Virus record (IMG/VR): IMGVR_UViG_3300035523_000151
Coordinates: 1 to 62,152 of that record
From: a virus
Lineage: Duplodnaviria > Caudoviricetes
Length of the DNA stretch: 62,152 nt
Direction: 5' to 3' (one strand)
The stretch's first letter is position 1, and each line of letters begins with the position of its first letter. The notes below the pieces were generated by a model. That model worked only from the letters and a program-made list of their open reading frames with translations. It did not search any database and was not told the origin of the DNA. This document shows, piece by piece, positions 34,997 to 43,348 of the stretch. A program made the position numbers and the translations under genes.

Positions 34997-35674
34997 TCAA
35001 CTCCTTTCGATCGAATCCGCCTTCGGCGGCGCCAGCCGCAACGCCACGGCCGCCAGCTCCCACCAGAGCACCGGCTGCATCGGATGCCGCCGCTGCTGAA
35101 GCAGGCCGGCCTGCAGCATCTGATCCATGAGCACGTCCTGCCAGGGCGCCGGCGTGGGCAACCGCCCGATGCCGAACAGCGCCGTGGCCACGTCGCTCTT
35201 GAACTGGTCCCAGGTCCGGCCATACTGCGCCAAGAACGCAATCGGGTCCTGGTGGTCGGTGTCCTGCGGGTAGAGCCGGCTGATGTCGGCGTGTGAGAAC
35301 AGGCGATCGATGCCCCAGCCGTAGCGGTGCAGGATGTCGGCCGCTAACCAGACGGCCCGATTCCAGACCTGCAGGAACTGCGCCGTGGCGTTCGGCCCGG
35401 CCGCCGGTTCGCACATCTCGAAACTGATGCTGTCGGCGTTGGCGGTGGGGCCGTTGGCGGGGCCTACAAACCCCTCGGGCACCAGCTGGCTGATGGAGTC
35501 CCAATCCAGGTAGTAATGCGCCCAGCCATGTTGCCGGGCGCTGTCCAGCCAGCGGAAATGACCCTCGTCGGTGGCGCCGGGGTTGGCCGTGCTATGCGCC
35601 ACCAGACGCGTGGCCGTTAGAGGGGTGCGCTCCTGCAGATCTTCCTGGAGAAACCGCTGCAACACTTGATACAC
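34997..35674 (-). CDS. Endolysin, N-acetylmuramoyl-L-alanine amidase (Amidase_2)
   Basis: VAHSTANPG, WAHYYLD, SISFEMCE, FSH...DHQDP. Confidence 0.88.
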   Translation of the reverse strand: MYQVLQRFLQEDLQERTPLTATRLVAHSTANPGATDEGHFRWLDSARQHGWAHYYLDWDSISQLVPEGFVGPANGPTANADSISFEMCEPAAGPNATAQFLQVWNRAVWLAADILHRYGWGIDRLFSHADISRLYPQDTDHQDPIAFLAQYGRTWDQFKSDVATALFGIGRLPTPAPWQDVLMDQMLQAGLLQQRRHPMQPVLWWELAAVALRLAPPKADSIERS

Positions 35675-35709
35675 GGTGATTACCTCCTTGGGCACGAAAA
35701 TGGCCCGGC

Positions 35710-36063
35710 CTATGCCGAGCGTTCGAGGTGTTTCAGGATCTCTTTGGTCCGGTAGTCGATGCCCTGGATTACCTCAGCCAGCTTCAGCTGCTGGACACGG
35801 ATGTCGTCCACCGCCTTACCCTGCTCCTTGAGGAATCCGTCGATCACCGCCGTGAGCCGCTCGATTGCCCGAGTGTTGTCGACCACCACCGCCACCATGG
35901 CGTCCCGGTCAGGCGGCGCCGCACTCTCTGCCTTCTTGCTCAGTGCCTTGATGGCGCTTTGAGCCAGTGTCACCAGGGAGAGCATGACGGCCACCAGGGC
36001 AATCCACATGGAATATTCGTTCGCCGGTGCCGTGCCTTCTGCCAGGAACATCGTCCAGTTCAT
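35710..36063 (-). CDS. Single-TM coiled-coil lysis-associated protein
   Basis: AAGGAGG RBS; WIALVAVMLSLVTLA TM followed by a coiled coil. Confidence 0.6.
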   Translation of the reverse strand: MNWTMFLAEGTAPANEYSMWIALVAVMLSLVTLAQSAIKALSKKAESAAPPDRDAMVAVVVDNTRAIERLTAVIDGFLKEQGKAVDDIRVQQLKLAEVIQGIDYRTKEILKHLERSA

Positions 36064-36227
36064 CGGTATCGCCTCCTTCGCCGCAGTGCCCCCTGCTGCG
36101 CTGGGACATGGAGTAGGGCGCCCTTGGCGCGCCCTACTGGGAATCATCCAACCAAAACTCCGTCTGATCGCCAGCCCGCGGGTAGACCCGTTTGAAGAGC
36201 CACTTGAACATGTCCCAGTTTTGAGCC

Positions 36228-37025
36228 CTAAGGAATCGATACTGTAGCGACATACTGCAATAGAGCACCGCTGGGATGAAACCATTCGCGGCGGACTCTG
36301 TCTTCTTCGAATTTCCGATGCAAGGCTTGCTCCAGGCCCCTATTTCCGCGCATCTGCCCAAGGAGACGAAGGGGTACAGGGGATCCGGTCGACAGAGCGG
36401 CCAATCGCTCATCAGGGCGATCGGAGAAGCCGATTTTGATCGGCCCCCCATCTCCCCACTGGATAAAATAGATCCAGCCGCCTCTTGAACAGTCCCGCGT
36501 CTTGCGCTTCTTTTTTCCGGCCGTCGAAGAACCCGAGAACGCAGTGGGCCACCGGTAGCCGCAATCGCGTTCCTCAGCATGATCGTGTTCGAACGATGCA
36601 CGCAGACCGGCCGCCGCAAATCCCTGCATCAATTCAGCAAGGCGCCGAGCAACTCGCTGTAATTTGATGGTTAGCAACCCCGCGCCATCTGCGTCAGACA
36701 GCAACCCATACAGCAGGGCGGGGATTTCACAAGGAAGGCCCTTTCTTATTTCTCCAGCGCTGCCCGTAAACTGGATCGGTTCCGCCAGCGTGGTTACAAG
36801 GAAATCCGGGATTTCTCGGCTAATGTATCGCCTGATACAAGCCGTCAATTCGGATTGACTGGAGAAGCCAACCAATCCCAGAAGAACGTCATAATCAAAG
36901 ACGCGTAGCGGATCGTCATCTGGATCTTCTGGTGATTCCTCCTCCAACACCGCGCACGGAACCGAAACGCCACCGATCTCCAAGGAACCCATGTGAGACG
37001 CCTTCATAACCCGCTGTTCGGTCAT
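36228..37025 (-). CDS. P63C-like N-terminus fused to a T5orf172/GIY-YIG domain (antirepressor-like)
   Basis: ASHMGSLEIGGVSVPCAVLE; WIYFIQ...IKIGFS...RL..LSTGSP...LEQALHRKF...REWF. Confidence 0.7.
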   Translation of the reverse strand: MTEQRVMKASHMGSLEIGGVSVPCAVLEEESPEDPDDDPLRVFDYDVLLGLVGFSSQSELTACIRRYISREIPDFLVTTLAEPIQFTGSAGEIRKGLPCEIPALLYGLLSDADGAGLLTIKLQRVARRLAELMQGFAAAGLRASFEHDHAEERDCGYRWPTAFSGSSTAGKKKRKTRDCSRGGWIYFIQWGDGGPIKIGFSDRPDERLAALSTGSPVPLRLLGQMRGNRGLEQALHRKFEEDRVRREWFHPSGALLQYVATVSIP

Positions 37026-37226
37026 GGTGCAACCTCCTGGCGTTTTTCCAACCTCGGCATGCCATCAAAAATCACCAGCGGGCCGCCGGGAGGTTGGCGA
37101 CGGCGGCCGGGGTGTGCACTCCCCTGCTGGCGAAAAAGGGGCGCAAAGAGGGGCACCCCCTGGTGAGGTGCCCGTTGAAAAGTTCGCACCTTTCGCTCAT
37201 ACTGGTGGGCGAAAGGGGGTATATCA

Positions 37227-37766
37227 GTGGAGCTTTTTCGAGTGGATACCCCGAACCTGCACCCTGGACATCAAGTCCCGGTGTTTAGCTATAAAAAACG
37301 CTACTCAGGATACCTTAAGGCTCTGCAGCAAGCACTTCTGATTGGGCCTGAAGCGGTGTGGACTCTCTACGTTTCTGATTGCGCAATGGTCCGCAGTTTG
37401 CTAATCGAGGCTATCGTCGAGCACACTCGCCTGACCGTCGCCTCATCTGTTCCTTCCCGCCTGGATTGCCGATTTTGCTTCGCTGATATCGAAAACGCTA
37501 TTCGCTTCCTAACCGGGCAGCGGGAACAGTGGTCCATCTATCGTTGCGAGCCGGGAATCTCTAGTGAGATTGTTGGGGTCTTCGACATGGGATTGCTACA
37601 GATACCCAATGGCCGCTCATTTGAAGAAAGCCTTGACTTGGCGTCCATTTGGGCAAAGAACTATTGGGAATCCCGAAACTGGCCTCCTGATAAGCGATCA
37701 AAACCTGAAGTCATGGTTTGCGGAGAACTTGCGATATGCGAACCGGTCTGGGAACATGGAGGGTAA
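37227..37766 (+). CDS. Moron gene, DUF2441-like/ADP-ribosyltransferase-fold candidate
   Basis: LFRVD...PSRLDCRFCF...IYR...FDM...AKNYW...PEVMV; AT-richer and opposite in orientation to the late operon. Confidence 0.5.
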   Translation: MELFRVDTPNLHPGHQVPVFSYKKRYSGYLKALQQALLIGPEAVWTLYVSDCAMVRSLLIEAIVEHTRLTVASSVPSRLDCRFCFADIENAIRFLTGQREQWSIYRCEPGISSEIVGVFDMGLLQIPNGRSFEESLDLASIWAKNYWESRNWPPDKRSKPEVMVCGELAICEPVWEHGG

Positions 37767-37772
37767 TGCCTT

Positions 37773-38303
37773 ATGCGCGGAAAGGTTAAGACTTGGTTGG
37801 GCCTGACGTTAGGTGCGGTTATGCTCGTCATCATAGCGTCTCCGGGGAACGCCGAAGCCCCGGCCATTCAGTTGGTAGTCGACGGCCGGCCGCTCACCAT
37901 GGACGTGCAGCCGCAGGTCATCGACGGTCGGGTGATGATTCCGGCTCGGGCACTGGCCGAGGCGCTGGGGGCGACGGTGGAATGGGACGGGGCAGGGCGG
38001 CGGGTGGTCGTGAAGAGTAAGGAGGCGGCAAAACCGTTAGTGCAATCCGTCGTCTCTGAGACGAGCGAATGGGTTCGCTTAAAAGACGTCGCCGCTCAAT
38101 ATCCATTGGAAGTCTCTATCCCTGACGGCACAAACGGGATTGTGCACATCGCCGGTAACGGACACCTGGTAAAGCTTCCGACCAAGGGCGCCATAGAATT
38201 CAGCGGAACATCGGAAACCGGTGTCGCCGTCCGAGGAAAATTGACTGACGGAATGCTGTTTGTAAATCTACCCGATCTTCGGAGTGCCGGCTTGATTCCC
38301 TGA
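37773..38303 (+). CDS. Secreted copper-amine-oxidase N-terminal domain protein
   Basis: Signal peptide; IQLVVDGR...PQVIDGRVMIPARALAEALGATVEWD. Confidence 0.85.
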   Translation: MRGKVKTWLGLTLGAVMLVIIASPGNAEAPAIQLVVDGRPLTMDVQPQVIDGRVMIPARALAEALGATVEWDGAGRRVVVKSKEAAKPLVQSVVSETSEWVRLKDVAAQYPLEVSIPDGTNGIVHIAGNGHLVKLPTKGAIEFSGTSETGVAVRGKLTDGMLFVNLPDLRSAGLIP

Positions 38304-38519
38304 TTCCGGGTTAGCTCCAAGCGCGCCGTCGACCGCTTCGAGTTCATTCACAAGCGCCTGCTCTACACCTTGCAGGCGCTTTTGCTGTGCCCGCACGTCC
38401 TCCAGGCGCATCAGGATCTGCTCCCGATGCTTCGGCAAGTCGGCTTCAAGGATCGTCACCGTTTCCGTTCTGGTCAGCGTAACCGTTTTCCCAATCCGAT
38501 CAATCTTTGCCTCTCTCAT
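38268..38519 (-). CDS. Small coiled-coil protein after the tail spike
   Basis: Position and heptad pattern. Confidence 0.5.
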   Translation of the reverse strand: MREAKIDRIGKTVTLTRTETVTILEADLPKHREQILMRLEDVRAQQKRLQGVEQALVNELEAVDGALGANPESGNQAGTPKIG

Positions 38520-38522
38520 TAA

Positions 38523-41099
38523 CTACACCCCCATGAAAATTTGAACGAACACCGAAGCGTCTACTCTCCCAAGGCCGAATGAACCCAAAGAAACGGTATT
38601 CCATTGCCCGGCTTGCAGATATGGCGCAATGTCGATACTGGCTTGGTCTGTTACCCACGGTCCACCCAACGCAGAAGTCCGATCTACACCGTTGATCTGT
38701 ACGGAAATTGATCCCGGAGTTGGACCCACATAAATTCCATAGACGACGCTATGAACGTGAGACGGAACCACAACGGTGTGGCTGTGCGGCGTAATCGTCA
38801 CATCATGGGTGTGTCCCAAGATCGTAACGCTGTGAGCATGGTCTCCAATCGTGACGCTGTGCCGGTGATTGGCTTCCAGGACGTGAGAGTGGCTGCCGTC
38901 GATACTCAGGCTGTGGAAATGATCACTCGCCTGTAACCAGCCCTGGTACCCCGTCACAGAGCTACCGTTACTCGACACAGCCAGCCAAATCCCCGGAGTG
39001 ATGCCGTGATTGTGCGAACCCGCACTGCCAGTCGCTCCACCGTGATTGTGACTGCCTGCATCAGTGACAGCGTCAGGTACCCAGGCTGTATAATCCCACA
39101 GGCTTGCCGTCAGCGAGGTTACTGTACTGCCACCTCCTGAGGTGCTGGTGGCCGTTGTTCCGCCGCCTGACGTACTGGTAGCAGTGGTGCCGCCACCACT
39201 GCTACTCGTAGCGGTCGCGCCGCCGCCACTGGCCGCCCCGGTTTCATACGCCCGGAATGCCAACGGGCGGAATCGAAGCAGGCCGCGCTTGATAACCCGG
39301 GTCTCTGCCGGCAGGTAAACGTTCAGTATCATCGGGTACCCAACATCGATGTTATCGGCGCGTCCCTCCTGCCAACTCTGCAAAATGCCCTGATCATCTA
39401 GGAGGATCGTGCCGGATGCGCTGAAGATCCGGATGCCATAGTGTTCCAGGCTGGACACCAACCAGCGCCCAACGTGGACCCGCTCCTGCAGGGCAGCATC
39501 GAACACGTGCAGCCCGTCGCCCTTGACTTGCGTGTACCCGTCATCCGAACTCAGGGCGTAGAGGTCAGACACGATCACGGTATTCGCTAGCACACCCTGC
39601 CCGGTCATGGCCGTAACGAAGGTCGCTCCGCCGTCCGTGCTGATGCCGACCCCGCCGGGCGTGATCCGGACCCGCTTGCCGGTCTCTACGCCGGCGCCGT
39701 TGACTTCGATCGCCTGGAGGGTGTCGTCGCTCCACATCAGCTTGCCGCTGGCGGAGTTGATCGTCGTCGCGAACGTGTTCACGAACCCGCGCAGGAGGTT
39801 GCCGGTGCCGGGGTTCGGGCGCAGGGACTGTTTCACGAAGTTGGCGGCCTGGACCGTCCCGGCGATCATCGCGGCCAGGGTCTGCGTTGGCTGCCCGACC
39901 TCCAGCGTCGCCTGCCAGGGCTGGAACACGTCGTAGGTGTAGCGGACGATGCGCAGATCGACGCCGCGCTGCGAGGCGACCCAGACCTTACCGCCCGTGG
40001 TTGCCAGCACATTGAGATCGCCCAGCCAGATTGTGCCGTTGCCATCGAGGTCGCAATCCGGGTCCCACGTCGGCTGGCCTGGCGAACTCCCCCACGCAGC
40101 CGAAATGTCATCAGCGGTAATCAGCCGGCGCACCACCTCCGGATCGATCACCCGCACGATGTCCCCCAGGGCGAACGTCTCATGGGCGTACTCGGGGAGG
40201 GCCGACAGATCCGCCATGCTCACGCGGTACGACACCCGCGGCTCTGACAGACGAGCGATGACGGCCTGTGCTTTGGCGAGCAACTGCGCCGGATCGTCGA
40301 TCTCCTGGTTCTCGTAGATTCCCTCATAGACCGCCGCGCTGTAATGATGGTCTTCGATATAGATGGAGCCGCCGTTGACACTGGCGATGGAGAGCGCATC
40401 CTGCCCGAACGGGTAAAGCCGCGTGACCAGGTCGCTGTCCATCTCGCGGGTAACCCCTTTGAGGTTCTTGGCGTACTCGATACGCACCCCGGTCCCCGGT
40501 TGCCACGCGGTTTCGCTGCGGAGGGAAACCGTCTTGGCGACCGAGTCCCAGACCAGGTACCCGCCCCACCGTTCCTGCGCCTTCTGGATGTTCTCCAGGA
40601 GCGTTATCCGCAGCGTCTCCAGGTCGAACGTGCCGGTCACGTCCACCGTGCCCACAGTCCACCCAGAACCGCTCAGGAGCCTGTACAGGGCGCTGCCCCC
40701 GCTGCCGGGGCTATACCCACCCTGCCCCAGATCGGACGCCAGGATGCTCACCGTGCCCCACACCGGGGCCGGTTCAGCGTCGTTCGCTACCGTGGGGTAG
40801 GTCTGGGGCGGGCGGGACTCAGGCGCTGTGATCTGCAGCCACGTTTTGCGCTTATCGCGGCTGCGTTCCTCGGTTGCCGGTCCCAGGATGGTGAATTCCC
40901 GGCCGCCCGCCAGGATATGGCGTTCGGGGATCAGTTCTGACGCCTTGGCGGCCGTGGTTGGCAGCTTGATGACGATCTGGCACTGGCCGTTCAGTTCTGC
41001 GCTGATCTCGGCAGTGACGCCGTCCGCCTCGGGCGCGAGGAACGCCACGGCGGCGCCTGCGGCGTCGGTCACGGTGATGTACTCGGGGATGCTGGGCAC
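38523..41099 (-). CDS. Tail spike/Tal (prophage tail endopeptidase-like) with a dockerin-like insert and a His-rich tip
   Basis: YAKNLKGVTREMDSDLVTRLYPFG, LSEPRVSY.V...DLS.L, LGDIVRVID; repeated HxH motifs near the C-terminus. Confidence 0.8.
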   Translation of the reverse strand: MPSIPEYITVTDAAGAAVAFLAPEADGVTAEISAELNGQCQIVIKLPTTAAKASELIPERHILAGGREFTILGPATEERSRDKRKTWLQITAPESRPPQTYPTVANDAEPAPVWGTVSILASDLGQGGYSPGSGGSALYRLLSGSGWTVGTVDVTGTFDLETLRITLLENIQKAQERWGGYLVWDSVAKTVSLRSETAWQPGTGVRIEYAKNLKGVTREMDSDLVTRLYPFGQDALSIASVNGGSIYIEDHHYSAAVYEGIYENQEIDDPAQLLAKAQAVIARLSEPRVSYRVSMADLSALPEYAHETFALGDIVRVIDPEVVRRLITADDISAAWGSSPGQPTWDPDCDLDGNGTIWLGDLNVLATTGGKVWVASQRGVDLRIVRYTYDVFQPWQATLEVGQPTQTLAAMIAGTVQAANFVKQSLRPNPGTGNLLRGFVNTFATTINSASGKLMWSDDTLQAIEVNGAGVETGKRVRITPGGVGISTDGGATFVTAMTGQGVLANTVIVSDLYALSSDDGYTQVKGDGLHVFDAALQERVHVGRWLVSSLEHYGIRIFSASGTILLDDQGILQSWQEGRADNIDVGYPMILNVYLPAETRVIKRGLLRFRPLAFRAYETGAASGGGATATSSSGGGTTATSTSGGGTTATSTSGGGSTVTSLTASLWDYTAWVPDAVTDAGSHNHGGATGSAGSHNHGITPGIWLAVSSNGSSVTGYQGWLQASDHFHSLSIDGSHSHVLEANHRHSVTIGDHAHSVTILGHTHDVTITPHSHTVVVPSHVHSVVYGIYVGPTPGSISVQINGVDRTSALGGPWVTDQASIDIAPYLQAGQWNTVSLGSFGLGRVDASVFVQIFMGV

Positions 41100-41126
41100 G
41101 ACGGATCACCTCCCGGGCATGAGGAA

Positions 41127-41150
41127 AGGCGCCCCGGCGTGGGGCGCCTG
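41127..41150 (-). terminator. Terminator-like hairpin
   Basis: AGGCGCCCC-ggcgt-GGGGCGCCT with a T-rich tail on the minus strand. Confidence 0.45.
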
Positions 41151-41173
41151 TGTTTCATGTTCTCCTGCGAAGC

Positions 41174-41467
41174 CTACACCTGTGGTACCGGCTCGACCGG
41201 CGGTGGCGGTGTGTATGCCTGCCCTGGATCTGCTGCCATCTGCGCCTCAAACAGGTAGGCGCTGGTCAGCAACGGCAGTAGGGCGTCGATGTGTGTCTTC
41301 ATCTCGGGGTAGCGGGCCAGGTCGAACTGCCACGCTTGCGACCGGGGAATAACCTCTACGCCGTCAGGACGGGCCAACTCCACGATAAAATCGGCGTAAA
41401 TGGTGTTGCCATGGATTCGAAATTCGTTTGGGACGATGTTTGTGATGTTAAGCGTCAGTACCGGCAT
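41174..41467 (-). CDS. Hypothetical tail-region protein
   Basis: GGAGG RBS; operon context. Confidence 0.6.
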   Translation of the reverse strand: MPVLTLNITNIVPNEFRIHGNTIYADFIVELARPDGVEVIPRSQAWQFDLARYPEMKTHIDALLPLLTSAYLFEAQMAADPGQAYTPPPPVEPVPQV

Positions 41468-41729
41468 CGGTCTTCGCCTCCTCCTTGGGCAGTGCGTCGA
41501 TCATGGCCTGCATCCGCCTGGCTGCGGTGTAGGCGTTGACACTCTTGGCCTCCAGTTCCTTGACCGCGGCCTCCAACTGGGCCTTGGCACCAGGCGCCTT
41601 GCCAGGGTCCTGCACCTTGGCCGCTTCTGCCTCCAGAAAGGCGTCGTAGCCCGCCTGCTTGAACTGGTCTCGCTTCTGTTCCAGCATCTGGCGCTGGACG
41701 GTCAACTCGGGTTCAAACGTTGTACTCAT
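41448..41729 (-). CDS. Coiled-coil protein, possible fibre chaperone
   Basis: AAGGAGG RBS; follows the fibre gene. Confidence 0.6.
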   Translation of the reverse strand: MSTTFEPELTVQRQMLEQKRDQFKQAGYDAFLEAEAAKVQDPGKAPGAKAQLEAAVKELEAKSVNAYTAARRMQAMIDALPKEEAKTDAGTDA

Positions 41730-41739
41730 GGTGTCCTCC

Positions 41740-42885
41740 TTATGCGGCGGTCGCCAGGTTGTATGTGGTTCCGTTGATGGTGAGCGTGATCTTACCGTTC
41801 AACGTCGGAGCGCCAGTGGTGTAGACACCCTCAGATGTGCGGATGTTGGTGCGGAGGGTAGCATTGCCGATTAGGACGTTATCGGCTCCGTCCATCGCCG
41901 CAAGGGTGTACGGGGTCGTGCCCGCAGCGTTGTACGACTGGAACGCCACCAGGTTCTTCACGATAACGAAGCCAGTCGCTCCGATACGAGCCAACACCCC
42001 ACCACCGTTGTCTTGCCACTGGTGCAGGTCACCGGTTTGTCCCGATGCACCCTTGACGATAGCGGCAACGGTACCTGCGGCTTGCGGTTGGACGAAAATC
42101 TGACCGACTGACGAGAGGTAAGCAATGTTATTTGTGTCGGCGGCGTCTCGCACACGAATGCTTGCGGCAAAAGTGTCAAGGGTGCCCGCCCCACTGATGC
42201 GAACAAGCTTTGCCCCAAAGTTATCCTGCCACTGTTGGACATCCCCACCAGCGCCGGGCGTGGCGCCAAGTTTGGCTATCAAGACGGGGGCAGTGGCGTT
42301 GGCGGCGGTCTGCTCGAATCGTCCAGCCGTCCGGCTCGCAGTGCTCGTCATTACCCACGCTTGACCGGAAGCTGAATTCACAGCCGTTCCCACACCAAGC
42401 AGGCCATCCAGTTGAGTGTTGTTGACGTTGTGGAGGTGTGTGTTCGGGCCCGCCGTCCCGATGCCCAACCTCGTCGCCACCGACACATAGCCGTTGGCGT
42501 TGACTATGCGGAGGGCTTCGATAGGAACTTCACTTCCTGCGACTCCGGTAGCGGAGTTGAAGGTGATGTCGTCGTTGGCGTCCAGATTGACATTTAGGCG
42601 ACGTGCCCCACTGCGGAAGAGGGCTACTAGGCGAGCGGCGCTTGCGCCGTTGAACGAGGCCCTGAGCATGTCCGCAGAGGCACCGTTTGCATATATCGGC
42701 CCGCTGAACGTGTGGATACCGGTACCGGAGACCGTGAGGGTGCCACCAACTGTTAAACTACTGTTGACGTAAACCGGTCCCGTTGCCGGTGTTAATGATA
42801 TGACACCTGCGCTGGAGACGATTACTGACCCGCCACCCCTCTGGATGCGGTCAGTCGATGCCGAAACAACCAAAGATGGGATCAT
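41740..42885 (-). CDS. Tail fibre/receptor-binding protein
   Basis: Gly/Thr/Ser-rich beta repeats, RLGIGT..P..HLH, repeated QWQDN.G. Confidence 0.65.
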   Translation of the reverse strand: MIPSLVVSASTDRIQRGGGSVIVSSAGVISLTPATGPVYVNSSLTVGGTLTVSGTGIHTFSGPIYANGASADMLRASFNGASAARLVALFRSGARRLNVNLDANDDITFNSATGVAGSEVPIEALRIVNANGYVSVATRLGIGTAGPNTHLHNVNNTQLDGLLGVGTAVNSASGQAWVMTSTASRTAGRFEQTAANATAPVLIAKLGATPGAGGDVQQWQDNFGAKLVRISGAGTLDTFAASIRVRDAADTNNIAYLSSVGQIFVQPQAAGTVAAIVKGASGQTGDLHQWQDNGGGVLARIGATGFVIVKNLVAFQSYNAAGTTPYTLAAMDGADNVLIGNATLRTNIRTSEGVYTTGAPTLNGKITLTINGTTYNLATAA

Positions 42886-42897
42886 GCCGGCACCTCC

Positions 42898-43335
42898 TTA
42901 TACCGCCAACCAGTTGTAGGTAGCGTTGGTAGCGGCACTGTTCGACCGCACGAAAACGAGAGACGTGTTGGACACCGGGATGGTGACACTCTGACCGGGG
43001 ACGAGTTGTAGCGGAACGACGGTCGTACTGTTGCCCACCATCAGGTCTACCGTGGAGTCGGGGTCATTCTGCACGACCACGGCGCTACAGGCTTGGGCAG
43101 CTAGAGCGGCGGCGTTGGCACCCGACAGGGGCGCTGTGCCGGTCCCGGCGTATAACGCATTACCGCCCGAAGCGCTCATAGGCAGCGGATTCGCCGCCCC
43201 AGTGGGTACCCAGATGCTGCCGTTTTTGTGGAACAGGGCCGAGTCGTGCATCCAGGTCGTATTATCGGCGTCATACCGCGCCGAGGTTTTGACCAAATTC
43301 AGGTCTCGGTTCAGGGCAGCCGCAAAGTCAGCCAT
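42898..43335 (-). CDS. Tail-associated structural protein
   Basis: AGGGAGG RBS; beta-rich sequence. Confidence 0.6.
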   Translation of the reverse strand: MADFAAALNRDLNLVKTSARYDADNTTWMHDSALFHKNGSIWVPTGAANPLPMSASGGNALYAGTGTAPLSGANAAALAAQACSAVVVQNDPDSTVDLMVGNSTTVVPLQLVPGQSVTIPVSNTSLVFVRSNSAATNATYNWLAV

Positions 43336-43348
43336 AGCCTGTCCCTCC

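Noticed and set aside
38523-42885. Diversity-generating retroelement acting on tail genes
   Set aside because: No reverse transcriptase ORF and no TR/VR repeat pair noticed.
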